A stretch of 62,209 nt of DNA, counting the filler. It is 4 parts of 4 records of this genome, joined end to end, with 100 filler letters (N's around TTAATTAATTAA, not from the genome) between each part and the next. Parts side by side here need not be neighbours in the genome. Positions count along the whole stretch, not along the records: positions 47,555 to 62,209 come from DRR378314_2079; 3 more parts are not named here. One strand, 5' to 3'. Shown here one piece after another: positions 62,127-62,209 of the stretch. Numbering within the stretch: position 1 is the stretch's first letter; every line of letters begins with the position of its first letter. The translations under genes were made by a program, and so were the position numbers. Under the pieces are notes generated by a model that saw only the letters and a program-made list of their open reading frames with translations, had not been told where the DNA came from and searched no databases.

Positions 62127-62209
62127 AACCAACCAACCAACCAACAAGCAAACAAACAAGCAAACAACCAACAAGAAAACAAACAAGCAAACAAACAAGC
62201 AAACAAGCA
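62127..62209 (+). repeat. Compound tetranucleotide microsatellite (AACC/AAAC/AAGC)n
   Basis: Visible run to the end of the window. Confidence 0.9.

Noticed and set aside
47840-62206. Most single-frame ORFs in the eukaryotic contig, including the hydrophobic ORFs 61914-62198 and 61958-62206
   Set aside because: They are exon-intron read-throughs, antisense frames or microsatellite translations.
1-62209. Transposases, integrases, phage genes, defence systems, rRNA and tRNA
   Set aside because: No supporting motifs seen on manual reading; tRNAscan-SE and HMM searches were not run.

Overview
This window is not one genome region. It is four unrelated contigs joined by identical artificial 100-nt spacers (44 N + TTAATTAATTAA + 44 N) at 9457-9556, 22040-22139 and 47455-47554. 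Taxonomic labels are inferred from gene content and order, not from a database search. Contig 1 (1-9456) is Rhodobacteraceae/roseobacter-like: purA end, DUF2842, glyoxalase, a large acidic unknown protein, thiamine diphosphokinase, DMT, a PleD-like diguanylate cyclase, DUF3572, HAD and a non-pyrrolysine MttB. Contig 2 (9557-22039) is Halomonas-like: an ABC importer under a cobalamin riboswitch, divergent from an aerobic B12 operon (ChlD-like AAA+/VWA, cobO, cobB, cobW, cobN), plus an AraC/EamA pair. Contig 3 (22140-47454) is Marinobacter-like: urea carboxylase end, GntR, an unannotated CsrB/Rsm-type sRNA with a GacA/UvrY box, comEA, lutABC, gloA, alkB, a sigma54 TAXI-TRAP/porin/DctBD locus, a CRP-box-led DUF6160 / flippase / pseudo-metallophosphoesterase-GT4 fusion cluster, YbgA, DUF481 and trhO. 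Contig 4 (47555-62209) is intron-rich eukaryotic DNA with importin-4, a UCP-like mitochondrial carrier containing a GC-AG intron, and an anoctamin/TMEM16. The best novelty candidates are the apparently inactive phosphoesterase-glycosyltransferase fusion locus and the GGA-rich sRNA.
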